This document shows positions 16,931 through 30,513 of a stretch of 64,000 nt of DNA, one piece after another. The stretch's first letter is position 1, and every line of letters starts with the position of its first letter. The notes under the pieces were generated by a model that did no database searches, was not told the origin of the DNA, and saw only the letters and a list, made by a program, of their open reading frames with translations. The position numbers and the translations under genes are program-made. This DNA is from Gammaproteobacteria bacterium (GTDB lineage: Bacteria; Pseudomonadota; Gammaproteobacteria; Arenicellales; Poriferihabitantaceae), in NCBI GenBank assembly GCA_009841725.1, contig VYGS01000094.1, positions 3,114 through 67,113 of the forward strand, written 5' to 3'.

Positions 16931-18088
16931 TCATGCCAACGACCGGATCAGTGCGTCCACAAACCGCCCTCCCCTTTCCATCTGCTCAAGGTCAATGAAT
17001 TCATCGGGTTTGTGCGCCTGTGCGATGTGCCCCGGCCCGCAGACAACGGTCGGGATTCCGAACGCCTGAAAGTGACCGCCCTCCGTGCCGTAGCTGACCT
17101 TGCCCGGAGGAGTGTCGCAGCCTAGCAGCCGGGACACTTCCCTGACCAGCGGGTCCTTTTCGGGAGTGTCCATGCCGGGATAATCGGCCAGAGTCTGCCA
17201 CTGGATGCCGGTCTGGCGGGCCACGGCCTGCATTTCGGCCTGGATCACGGTTTCCGCATAAGATCTCACCTCGTCAAACAGCGCTTCGGCGGACTGGTCC
17301 GGAAGATTCCTGATTTCGAAATCGAACCGGCACTCGGACGGGATGATGTTGTTGACCGTGCCGCCATGAATCACGCCGCAATGCAGGGAGGTATAGGGCG
17401 GATCGAACGCCGGATCGAAGGGACCATCGCGAATGATCCGTCGTTGTATCTCGTCGACCTTGGCGATAATTCTCGCGGCAGAGGTCACCGCATTCACTCC
17501 CTTGTCGACCATGGACGAATGGGCTGATTTGCCGTGCACATGGCATCGCTTGAACAGCATGCCCTTGTGGGCCCGAACCGGCTGCATGCCGGTGGGCTCT
17601 CCGATGATGCAGGCCTTCGGTCGCACCGGCCTGTCCCGCAGTCCCTCGAGCAGCTTCGAGACACCCAGGCAGCCGATCTCTTCATCATACGAAAAGGCGA
17701 AATGCACCGGGATGTCGAGGTCGGCATCGAGAATGGTGCGGATACGGCTCAGGCAAAGTGCGATGAAGCCTTTCATGTCACACACCCCTCGCCCGTACAG
17801 CCTTGTTCCGCGCACCTCGGTGCCAAATGGGTCGCTGGACCAGTCCTGGCCATCGACCGGAACGACATCCGTATGGCCCGACAGGACGATCCCGGGCGCG
17901 TTCGGGTTTCCCAGCGTCGCGAACAGATTGGCCTTCCTGCCGTCGTCGTCGTGGGTCAGGTCGAAAGGAATCCCGTGCGGCTCCAGAAGGGAAATGACGT
18001 ACTCGATGAGTTGAAGGTTGGAATTTCGGCTGGTGGTATCGAATGCCACCAGGTCATTCAGCAATGCAACAGAAGAGTTTTCTGACAT
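16931..18088 (-). CDS. argE: acetylornithine deacetylase (M20 peptidase family, ArgE-like)
   Basis: Has LLNDLVAFDTTSRNSN, LSGHTDVVPV and FSYDEEIGCLG motifs. Trimmed to the ATG at 18088. It lies 7 nt upstream of folKP. Confidence 0.75.
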   Translation of the reverse strand: MSENSSVALLNDLVAFDTTSRNSNLQLIEYVISLLEPHGIPFDLTHDDDGRKANLFATLGNPNAPGIVLSGHTDVVPVDGQDWSSDPFGTEVRGTRLYGRGVCDMKGFIALCLSRIRTILDADLDIPVHFAFSYDEEIGCLGVSKLLEGLRDRPVRPKACIIGEPTGMQPVRAHKGMLFKRCHVHGKSAHSSMVDKGVNAVTSAARIIAKVDEIQRRIIRDGPFDPAFDPPYTSLHCGVIHGGTVNNIIPSECRFDFEIRNLPDQSAEALFDEVRSYAETVIQAEMQAVARQTGIQWQTLADYPGMDTPEKDPLVREVSRLLGCDTPPGKVSYGTEGGHFQAFGIPTVVCGPGHIAQAHKPDEFIDLEQMERGGRFVDALIRSLA

Positions 18089-18147
18089 AATTCGCGTTCC
18101 ACTATCCATTCCCGACAAGCATCCAGCAGTGCCTGCGCCAACCTGAA

Positions 18148-18948
18148 ATGATCATCACGGAATTATACACATTTCCCGTCAAGTCCCTTGCCGGCATCCA
18201 GAGCGACGGAGCCCGTATTCTCCGAACCGGGTTCGAGGCCGATCGACAGTGGATGGTGGTCGAGCCCGTCGGTACCTTCCTGACACAGCGATCCTGCCCG
18301 CAGATGGCGCTGGTTCAAACCGCTTTGCGAGGCGACCGACTGGTCCTGTCGACCTTCGGCATGGAAGATATCGAGGTTGCCCCACCCTCGCAGGAACACT
18401 GCGGGCGGATGGACGTCGAGGTATGGGGCGATCGGGTCAACGCCATGGTTCACGGCGACGAGATCAATTCATGGTTGAGCGATGCCCTGGGCAGGCAGTG
18501 CAAGCTCGTTTTCTTTCCGCCTGGCGAGACGCGCGCTTGCGACCCCGAAGTCTCTCTCGCCGACGACTCCACCCTGTTCTCCGACAGCTTTCCGCTGCTG
18601 TTGACGACCCGGGTTTCGCTTGAGGATCTGAACCGCCGCCTGGACGATCCTGTCGGCATGGAGCGCTTTCGCCCCAACATTGTCGTGGATGGCCGGATCC
18701 CCTACGAGGAAGATGGCTGGAAGCAGCTCGAGATCAACGGCATACGCTTGCGGTTCGCGCGTTGCTGCGGCCGCTGTGCCGTGCCAACCGTCAATCCGGC
18801 CACGGGAATGATCGAGGGGCCCGAACCCATCCGGACGCTTTCCGGATATCGAACGGGACGGGACGGCGAGGTCTATTTCGGCATCAACCTCATCCCCGAA
18901 TCGGCCGGGACGATACGCACCGGGGACAAAATCACCGTCGTCAGATAG
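18148..18948 (+). CDS. MOSC domain protein (YcbX-like, N-terminal beta-barrel + MOSC)
   Basis: Has MIITELYTFPVKSLAGIQ (MOSC_N), and RFRPNIVV and CGRCAVPTVNPATG with the conserved Cys (MOSC). Confidence 0.8.
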   Translation: MIITELYTFPVKSLAGIQSDGARILRTGFEADRQWMVVEPVGTFLTQRSCPQMALVQTALRGDRLVLSTFGMEDIEVAPPSQEHCGRMDVEVWGDRVNAMVHGDEINSWLSDALGRQCKLVFFPPGETRACDPEVSLADDSTLFSDSFPLLLTTRVSLEDLNRRLDDPVGMERFRPNIVVDGRIPYEEDGWKQLEINGIRLRFARCCGRCAVPTVNPATGMIEGPEPIRTLSGYRTGRDGEVYFGINLIPESAGTIRTGDKITVVR

Positions 18949-19140
18949 GGATGCCGCTCAAGGCAATCCGGATGAACCCGCTCCCGACCGCCTTCGCGCG
19001 TCCATTTCTTCGATGCGGTTTCCTCGGGCTTGCGGGCCGGAATGAATCGTTCGGCAAATGTCGCACTGCACTGCGGCCCGAATGAGTATATAATTTCCGC
19101 TTCGTGAAGTTCGACAGATCCTAGACCGATTTCTTCATCA

Positions 19141-19359
19141 ATGGCGAAAGAAGAAAGCATCGAAATGGAGGGCACGATTATCGAGGCCCTGCCCAATACC
19201 CAATTCCGTGTCCAGTTGGAAAACGGGCACGAAATCATTGCCCATATTTCGGGCAAGATGCGAAAGCACTATATCCGCATTCTGCGGGGCGACAAGGTGA
19301 CCGTGCAGCTGACCCCCTATGACTTGACCAAGGGTCGCATCACATTCCGCGCACGCTAG
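19141..19359 (+). CDS. infA: translation initiation factor IF-1
   Basis: 72 aa, [72 protein letters not shown], near-identical to the canonical IF-1 pattern. Confidence 0.97.
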   Translation: MAKEESIEMEGTIIEALPNTQFRVQLENGHEIIAHISGKMRKHYIRILRGDKVTVQLTPYDLTKGRITFRAR

Positions 19360-20281
19360 CTCTCAACTGCCGGATGTATGCCGCCGAAGCAAAACCGGCG
19401 GCCGACCACCCGAGAAGGCCCGACATGACCAGGACCTTTGTCCCGAGCGATGCCGAAAGCGGCTGAATCCGAAAATCGCTTCCGTACAGATCGGCCAGGC
19501 GGTTGACCGGCTCACCGAGGATGTAGAGGCAGACCCCGACCAGGACAAGGGCCATCAGGGCACCCGCAATCCCCTGGGCAGCGCCGTAGTAGAGAAACGG
19601 CCTCATGATGAACAGCGATGTGGCGCCCAGCTGGTCCAGCAACTGGATTTCCCCGCTGCGGCTGTGCACCGCCGTTCGTACGGTGTTGCCAACAATAAGC
19701 AAAACACCGAGCCCCATCATGCTCCCGATAACGGCAGACGCGGTCTGAAACAGGTCGGCCACTGCATCAAAGCGATCGCGCCAGATACGCTCATAGGAGA
19801 CACTTCCGATCCCCTGGATCGCTCCCAGCCGGTGCGCAAGCGATTGCATCTCCTGCGCACTCGCCCGCTCAACCGGTTCAATCACCAGAATCTCTGGAAG
19901 GGGGTTGCCTGGCAAGTCGTCGAGAATGTCGGAAAGGCCCGACGTTCTCTTGAAATCCTCGAAAGCCTCCTCGCGGGAGATGCGCCGGATATCCTCGACC
20001 ATGGGTATCTTGAGCAAGTCGAGCAGCAGTTCCCGGATTTCCTGCTCCAGTTCCTCCTCCATGATGTCCCGGGGAAAGGACAGGAACAGGGTAACACTGT
20101 TGCCATGCTGATACTTTTCGACCACCCGGTCCATCGACTCCGTCAGTTTGTGCAGGAACAGCGGCATGGATATCGCCACGCCCAGGATCAGGATCGTCAG
20201 GCAGGAAGAGACCGGCACCATGGCAAATCGCCGAAGCGCATCGCCGGCTGCGAATGCATGTCTTTGCAACCGGGTTTTCAC
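19340..20281 (-). CDS. ftsX: cell-division ABC permease-like protein FtsX
   Basis: 313 aa with four TM segments and a periplasmic domain. It is coupled (4-nt overlap) to ftsE. Confidence 0.9.
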   Translation of the reverse strand: MKTRLQRHAFAAGDALRRFAMVPVSSCLTILILGVAISMPLFLHKLTESMDRVVEKYQHGNSVTLFLSFPRDIMEEELEQEIRELLLDLLKIPMVEDIRRISREEAFEDFKRTSGLSDILDDLPGNPLPEILVIEPVERASAQEMQSLAHRLGAIQGIGSVSYERIWRDRFDAVADLFQTASAVIGSMMGLGVLLIVGNTVRTAVHSRSGEIQLLDQLGATSLFIMRPFLYYGAAQGIAGALMALVLVGVCLYILGEPVNRLADLYGSDFRIQPLSASLGTKVLVMSGLLGWSAAGFASAAYIRQLRASVRGM

Positions 20282-20943
20282 AAATACGGATCCTCGATGA
20301 CATGCCCGTGATCAAGCTTCAGATGTCCGGCCGCCGGATTGCTGAGATGGCGATGATCATGGGTGGCGATCACGACCGTGGTGTCGAGTTCGTGAAACAG
20401 GAAGAACAGCCGCATGATTTCCTCGGCCAGATCCGGATCAAGATTTCCGGTCGGCTCGTCGGCCAGGATCACGTCGGGCCGCGCAACCAGCGCCCTGGCA
20501 ATCCCGACACGCTGTTGCTCCCCGACCGAAAGCGTATCGGGATACGATCCCGCCAAACGGCCCAGATTGACCTTCTCCAGCGCCGCCCGAACCCGTCTGC
20601 GGCAATCCCGGATCGGCATTCCGGCGACCACCAGGGGCAGGGCCACATTGTCCTCCACGGTCCGGTCGATCAACAGCCTGTGCTCCTGGAATACGCAGCC
20701 GATGGTGCGTCTGTATTGGGATATGCGCCGTCCCCGGAAAGCGGCGATATCCTGGTTGTTGACGAAAATCTGTCCGCTGGTGGCAATCTCGCTGAGTGCG
20801 ATCAGCTTGAGCAAGGTGCTCTTGCCGGCCCCCGAATGGCCGGTGATGAACGTGATCGAGCCACCGGGAATGAACAACGAGACGTCGACCAGAGCGTTGA
20901 ACCCGTTGCTGTATCGCTTGTTGACACCCCTGAAAACAATCAT
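20278..20943 (-). CDS. ftsE: cell-division ATP-binding protein FtsE
   Basis: Has GHSGAGKSTLLKL, LSVGEQQRVGIARAL and ILADEPTGNLD. It follows ftsY. Confidence 0.95.
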   Translation of the reverse strand: MIVFRGVNKRYSNGFNALVDVSLFIPGGSITFITGHSGAGKSTLLKLIALSEIATSGQIFVNNQDIAAFRGRRISQYRRTIGCVFQEHRLLIDRTVEDNVALPLVVAGMPIRDCRRRVRAALEKVNLGRLAGSYPDTLSVGEQQRVGIARALVARPDVILADEPTGNLDPDLAEEIMRLFFLFHELDTTVVIATHDHRHLSNPAAGHLKLDHGHVIEDPYL

Positions 20944-21890
20944 GGCATCCCCGACTCCGCTTGCGAATCGGACAAATCCGGAACCAGAGCGGCAGCAAAT
21001 TCCGCCGGGGAAAATTCACGCAGATCATCGATTCCCTCCCCGATACCGATATACCGGACCGGCAATCGAAACCGGTCGACCAGTGCGACGATGACTCCGC
21101 CTTTCGCCGTACCGTCCAGCTTGGTCACGCAGATCCCGCTCAACGGAAGCCTTTTCTGGAAATTTTCGACCTGGGACAGGACATTCTGCCCGTTTCCGGC
21201 ATCCACCGTCATCAGGATCTCATGCGGGGCGCTCGGATCAAGCTTTCCGATCACCCTTTTCATTTTCTGCAATTGATCCATCAGATCCCCCTGGGTGTGC
21301 TGCCGTCCCGCCGAGTCGATCAGCAGACAGTCGATATTCCTCGCCATCGCCGAATTCACCGCGTCAAAGGCCACTGCCGCGGCGTCCGACCCGATCGACT
21401 GCGCGATCACCGGCACGTCCAGCCGGCGTCCCCAGGCCTGGAGCTGCTCCACCGCCGCCGCGCGGAACGTGTCCCCCGCCGCCATCATCACGGAGCAACC
21501 CTGACGCTTGTGGAAATTCGCGAGCTTTGCCAGTGTCGTGGTCTTTCCGACTCCGTTCACACCGACCATGAGGATGACATGCGGGCTCGCAACCGATCTT
21601 TCCGACTGTCCGCCATCCCCGCACGAGAGCATGTCCAGGATCGAGCGTTCGAGCAGCGCGGAAAGCTCCGCGGCTTCGGCGACCTTCTCACGCGCTGCGG
21701 ATTTTTTCAGGTGATCGACGATCCCGCTGGCCGTGCGAATACCGAAATCGGCCATCACCAGATGGTCTTCGAGCGCTTCATAAACGGAATCATCCAGCCG
21801 CACTCCGGAAGAAAGCAATCCACCCAGACGATTTGCCAGCGACTGGCGTGTTCTGGAAAGATAGGCGAACAGGCCGCTGTGTTGGTTCAT
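20940..21890 (-). CDS. ftsY: signal recognition particle receptor FtsY (short form, NG domain only)
   Basis: Has the SRP GTPase motifs GVNGVGKTTT, DTAGR (here DSAGRQH) and TKLDGTAKGG. Confidence 0.95.
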   Translation of the reverse strand: MNQHSGLFAYLSRTRQSLANRLGGLLSSGVRLDDSVYEALEDHLVMADFGIRTASGIVDHLKKSAAREKVAEAAELSALLERSILDMLSCGDGGQSERSVASPHVILMVGVNGVGKTTTLAKLANFHKRQGCSVMMAAGDTFRAAAVEQLQAWGRRLDVPVIAQSIGSDAAAVAFDAVNSAMARNIDCLLIDSAGRQHTQGDLMDQLQKMKRVIGKLDPSAPHEILMTVDAGNGQNVLSQVENFQKRLPLSGICVTKLDGTAKGGVIVALVDRFRLPVRYIGIGEGIDDLREFSPAEFAAALVPDLSDSQAESGMP

Positions 21891-21981
21891 GGCTTAAAGT
21901 CTATGACGACAGATCTATAGAATGGGGCTGTGGAGCAACTGTCCGCATCCGCCGATATGGTAACATCTGTCCGCAAAATCC

Positions 21982-22577
21982 ATGCGTCAAGATTTTGCAC
22001 GAATTCGCGTGAGCGCCAGAGGGAAAGTACGGATCACCGGGGGGAAATGGAAACGGCGGTACCTGCATTTTCCGTCCCTGCCGGAGTTGCGCCCGTCACC
22101 CGAAGCCAGCAGGGAAACACTGTTCAACTGGCTCGGCCCCGAGATCGTGGACAGCGTCTGCCTGGACCTTTTTGCGGGAAGCGGCGCACTGGGCTTTGAA
22201 GCCGCTTCACGGGGTGCCGCCAGAGTCGACCTTGTGGAATCCCACCCGGCTGCATGGCGCGCCATGCGCAACAGCAGCCTGCCAAAGGAAAGCGAAGGGA
22301 CTGTGTTCATCCACCGCCAGGATGCTATCCGCTATCTGGAAAGTTCGAAGATGCGGTACGATATTGTTTTTCTTGACCCGCCGTTCAAGAAGAATATACT
22401 TCCGTTGACATTCGCGACGCTGGTGCGACGAAGACGACTCAACGAATCGGCGACGGTTTATGTCGAATTTGTTTCAGGCCAATTGCCCCTGTCCCTGCCC
22501 GAAGGGTGGTCGATCACTCGCCACACCCGCCGAGGCAAGTCGACTTCAGTGATGATCAGAACCCTTTCAACGAGCCA

Positions 22578-22581
<4 letters not shown>
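21982..22581 (+). CDS. rsmD: 16S rRNA (guanine966-N2)-methyltransferase RsmD
   Basis: Has RITGGKWKRRYL, LRPSPEASRETLFNWL, DLFAGSGALGFEAASRGA and DPPF motifs. It is divergent from ftsY, as in many proteobacteria. Confidence 0.85.
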
Positions 22582-25481
<2,900 letters not shown>

Positions 25482-25494
25482 AATTCACCGAGCA

Positions 25495-25540
25495 GGCGGG
25501 GCCGGTCCGGCATCCTTGCGGTGTGAGCCGGCCGCCTTTT
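25495..25540 (+). terminator. candidate rho-independent terminator after tmcA
   Basis: GGCGG(GG)CCGG at 25495-25505 pairs with CCGGCCGCC at 25528-25536 (5+4 bp with a 2-nt bulge). The 22-nt loop may pair further. TTTT follows at 25537-25540. It lies in the 64-nt convergent gap between tmcA and hisDC. Confidence 0.35.
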
Positions 25541-25545
25541 CGACT

Positions 25546-27951
25546 CTATTCGCCCGAAGAGTCGAGAATCTCTTCCAGTGCGTGCAGAAATCGCGCATTC
25601 TCCCCGGGGGTGCCGACGGTCACTCGCAGGCATTGCTCCAGCACGGGATCCGACCCGTGCAGATTCTTGACCAGCACACCCCTCTCGAGAAGCTCCCGAT
25701 ACACCCGCTCGGCATTCGATACGCGTATCAGGTGAAAGTTGGTTTCACTCGGAAACACGGTAACGCCATCAACCTTCCGGAGCACTTCGAACTGGGCTTT
25801 CCGCGCCTCGACGATTCGCGCGGCCTGCTCGTCAAGCACGACAGAGTTGTCCAGAATCAGCGAAGCGCTGGCCTGTGTCAGCACATTGATATTGTAGGGG
25901 AAGCGGACTTTCTCGATCTGGCCTGCCCATTCTGCGCTCGCCACTGCCAATCCAAGTCTCAAGCCGGCCAGCCCGTTCTTGCTCAGGGTCCTCAGAAGGA
26001 CCGCATTCGGATACCTGGCAATCTCGCCGAGAAACGATTTGCCGCTGAATGCATGGTACGCCTCGTCAATCACCACCAGACCCCGGGCGGCATCCAGGAT
26101 TTCGCGGATTCCCTGCGAATCAAACGCGTTGCCGGTTGGATTGTTGGGATAGGCGAGAAAGATACAGGCCGGGTCGTTGTGCCTGATGGCCTCGATCATG
26201 GCTTCGGTGTCCAGGGAAAAGCCGACCCCCAGCGGCACTTCCACGAACCGGGTCGACGTGGCAAGGCAGATCTGCCTGTACATGGAGAAAGAAGGCGACG
26301 GCGCCATGATCGTCCGGCCCCGGCCGCCCAGAATCAGAACCAGCATCTGGATCAGTTCATCGGAACCGTTGCCCAGTATCAGGCCGCATGAATCGGGCAG
26401 CCCGATCAACTCGCCCAGGCGACGTTTCAGTTCCCGGCATTGCGGATCCGGGTAACGATTGATCTCGGCCTGCCCAACCGCCTTCACCCATTCCCGTTTC
26501 AGGGAATCCGGGAGCGTGTACGGGTTCTCCATGGCATCAAGCTTGACCATGCCCGCCGGGTCGGGAACCGTGTAAGCGCACATTGAGCGGATACTTTCCG
26601 GGACCCATTGCCGGACAGACTGCCGGGCCCTGTCGTCCGCGGACAACGGGTTTCCGGATTCAGCGCCGGCACGATATGTCGCGGCACGCTCGTGCGCCGT
26701 CAGCCCCTCGCTCCGGGCCATGGTCGCGGCAATCCGGGACAGCTTCCCGGCCCCGGCCGGGGACACCTCGAGAGTGCTGCTTCGTTTCTGGAAATCGTAC
26801 ACGCCGAGCGGTGAACTGAACCTTGCAGTTCCGGATGTCGGCAGCACATGATTCGGTCCCGCGCAGTAATCGCCCAATGCCTCGGCACTGTATTTTCCGA
26901 TGAATATGGCACCGGCATGCCGGATCTCGCCAGCCAGGGAGGACGGGTCCGACACCATCAACTCAAGATGTTCGGGCGCGATGTAATTGGTCACTTCAGC
27001 CGCTTCGGATGTGTTTCCGACCCGAATCAGGGCCCCGTTTCCAGACAATGAAGCCTCGATGATCCTGCGACGCTCCATGCCTGGCAACAATCTCTCGACA
27101 GCGGCCAGAACCGCCTCGCCGACGGCCGGATCGGTCACAATCGCGATGGATTGGGCCAATTCGTCGTGCTCCGCCTGGGCGAACAGGTCCATGGCCACCC
27201 ACTCCGGATCGGCCGTGGAATCCGCGATCACCACCACCTCGGACGGGCCCGCGATCATGTCAATCCCGACCTTCCCGAAAACCATTTTCTTGGCCGCCGC
27301 GACATAGGCATTTCCAGGCCCCACGATCTTGTCGACCGCCGGAACGGTTTCGGTGCCGTAAGCAAGCGCAGCGACCGCCTGGGCACCGCCGACGCTGAAA
27401 ATCCGGTCTACCCCCGCAATCTCGGCCGCGGCAATCACGGCGGGGTTGACCTCGCCATCGGGCATTGGAACGGTCATGATGATCTCCCGCACGCACGCCA
27501 CCTTTGCGGGTATCGCGGTCATCAGAACCGAAGAAGGGTAGGAGGCCGTGCCGCCTGGCACATAGACGCCGACCCGTTCGATGGGCATGATCGATTGCCC
27601 GAGTTCAGTGCCGTCCTCATCACGGCAACTCCACGATTCGAGGCGCTCCTTTTCGTGGAACCATCGTATCCGGTCTGCCGCGGCAACCAGCGCTTCCCTC
27701 AATTCCGGATCCGTCTCGGCAGCGATGCTCCGGATTTTCTCGCACGACAATTCCAGATCCCCGATATCCATGTCCCGCCTGTCCAGTCTGCGGGTCAACT
27801 CCAGCAGGACCTCATCCCCTCCGGATCGCACTTTCGAGACGATGTCGCGCACGACGGCATCCACATTCTCCGCCTCCTTCCCGTCCCGCTTGAGAAGGCT
27901 GTCGAGGCGGCTGTAGAAACCGGGGTCGGCGTAATCAAGGGAAGCCAGCAT
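25546..27951 (-). CDS. hisDC: fused histidinol dehydrogenase (HisD) - histidinol-phosphate aminotransferase (HisC)
   Basis: Single 801-aa frame. The first roughly 435 aa are HisD ([35 protein letters not shown]). A linker ([18 protein letters not shown]) follows. The rest is HisC ([31 protein letters not shown] with the PLP lysine). Confidence 0.9.
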   Translation of the reverse strand: MLASLDYADPGFYSRLDSLLKRDGKEAENVDAVVRDIVSKVRSGGDEVLLELTRRLDRRDMDIGDLELSCEKIRSIAAETDPELREALVAAADRIRWFHEKERLESWSCRDEDGTELGQSIMPIERVGVYVPGGTASYPSSVLMTAIPAKVACVREIIMTVPMPDGEVNPAVIAAAEIAGVDRIFSVGGAQAVAALAYGTETVPAVDKIVGPGNAYVAAAKKMVFGKVGIDMIAGPSEVVVIADSTADPEWVAMDLFAQAEHDELAQSIAIVTDPAVGEAVLAAVERLLPGMERRRIIEASLSGNGALIRVGNTSEAAEVTNYIAPEHLELMVSDPSSLAGEIRHAGAIFIGKYSAEALGDYCAGPNHVLPTSGTARFSSPLGVYDFQKRSSTLEVSPAGAGKLSRIAATMARSEGLTAHERAATYRAGAESGNPLSADDRARQSVRQWVPESIRSMCAYTVPDPAGMVKLDAMENPYTLPDSLKREWVKAVGQAEINRYPDPQCRELKRRLGELIGLPDSCGLILGNGSDELIQMLVLILGGRGRTIMAPSPSFSMYRQICLATSTRFVEVPLGVGFSLDTEAMIEAIRHNDPACIFLAYPNNPTGNAFDSQGIREILDAARGLVVIDEAYHAFSGKSFLGEIARYPNAVLLRTLSKNGLAGLRLGLAVASAEWAGQIEKVRFPYNINVLTQASASLILDNSVVLDEQAARIVEARKAQFEVLRKVDGVTVFPSETNFHLIRVSNAERVYRELLERGVLVKNLHGSDPVLEQCLRVTVGTPGENARFLHALEEILDSSGE

Positions 27952-27973
27952 CGCTCAAAACCGGTAAACGACT

Positions 27974-29269
<1,296 letters not shown>

Positions 29270-29608
29270 TCAGAAACCGGCAGACGTGGAGAGCAGGATA
29301 CGGTCTGAATCAGGTCGATCGGGAGCGGAATCCGGCCGTACAAAATTCAACTTCCGGCCATTTGGGCTTGACGGATGACACATGATTCAGAGCTTGGCGA
29401 TTTACCAAAAAGTGTGAAGATGTATTCTCAACGACCGCGATGGAAAAGTCCACATGCCGATTGATTTTCCGATGGCTGCCAGCCGGTCGGCACGACACAT
29501 CTCGGGGAGATGCCGGAGTCTTGGGCAATACTCCAATTCCGGGTCGGATTGGCCAGCTATCGCGGCAGTCCGAAACGATATCCTGCGCCTGTGAGGCAGG
29601 CGGACCGC

Positions 29609-30472
29609 TCAGTGCACCATGACGGTGATGATGTGGGAGTGGGCAAGCACATGATCCGTGACTCCTCCGAACATGTGATGGCGAATTCTCGAATGGCTGT
29701 ATCCCCCCATGACCAAAAAATCGCTTTCGATCTCATCGGCCATCGCAAGCAACCGCCTGCCAACAGACTGGTTTCCCCGGTCGAGCGTATTGAGCTGGGC
29801 GCCGATTCCGTGGAATGCAAGCTGCTGGCGTACGCGTTCACCTCCGTCCAGCCGGCTTCGGGCAACCGCTACCGTCACCCGATCCATCTGCATCAGCCAG
29901 GGAATCGTCATCGACAGGGCGCGTGACGATTCCAGACTGTCGTTCCAGGCGATCATGGCGTGTCTCGCCCGGTGAGGCCGCCACTGCGATGGCACCAGTA
30001 CGACCGGCTTTCCGGAATACAAAAGAAGCGTATTCACTACGGTTTCCACTCCTCCCATCCGAAGCTGGCCTGCCGCCTTTTCCGGGCGGGCGATCGCGAC
30101 GGTGTCATGATACCGGGAATGGTGGACCAGCAAGTCGTTGACCTGCCCGAATTCGTGCTCGAACGAGATGGTCACGCCATCCTGGCTTGCCGGTTCGGGG
30201 TTCATGGCCAGGCCGTGCTTTCGGGAAAAATCCTCCACGGTTTTTCGGATCGTTTCCGCCTGCCTTGTCTGCAACTGCTTCTCCTCCGAACGGACGTCCT
30301 GTTGCAGGCTGTTCGAAAGGCTGTTGAAGGCGGCTGATTTCATCACGCTCTCGGAGATGTGGACCGTTGCAATATGCGCATCGAACCTCCGGGCCACGAC
30401 CAGGGCCGTCTCCAGCGTCCGGTAACCGGCCTCGCCGCCTTCGAGAGGCACCAGAATGGATTTGATTGCCAT
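29609..30472 (-). CDS. tandem universal stress protein (two UspA domains)
   Basis: 287 aa. MAIKSILVPLEGGE... and a second ILVP-type domain ending GGVTDHVLAHSHIITVMVH (USP ATP-binding-type C-terminus). Confidence 0.8.
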   Translation of the reverse strand: MAIKSILVPLEGGEAGYRTLETALVVARRFDAHIATVHISESVMKSAAFNSLSNSLQQDVRSEEKQLQTRQAETIRKTVEDFSRKHGLAMNPEPASQDGVTISFEHEFGQVNDLLVHHSRYHDTVAIARPEKAAGQLRMGGVETVVNTLLLYSGKPVVLVPSQWRPHRARHAMIAWNDSLESSRALSMTIPWLMQMDRVTVAVARSRLDGGERVRQQLAFHGIGAQLNTLDRGNQSVGRRLLAMADEIESDFLVMGGYSHSRIRHHMFGGVTDHVLAHSHIITVMVH

Positions 30473-30513
30473 CGGATTATCTTCCGGATCGGTTCAATGG
30501 ACAGGTTCCGTCC

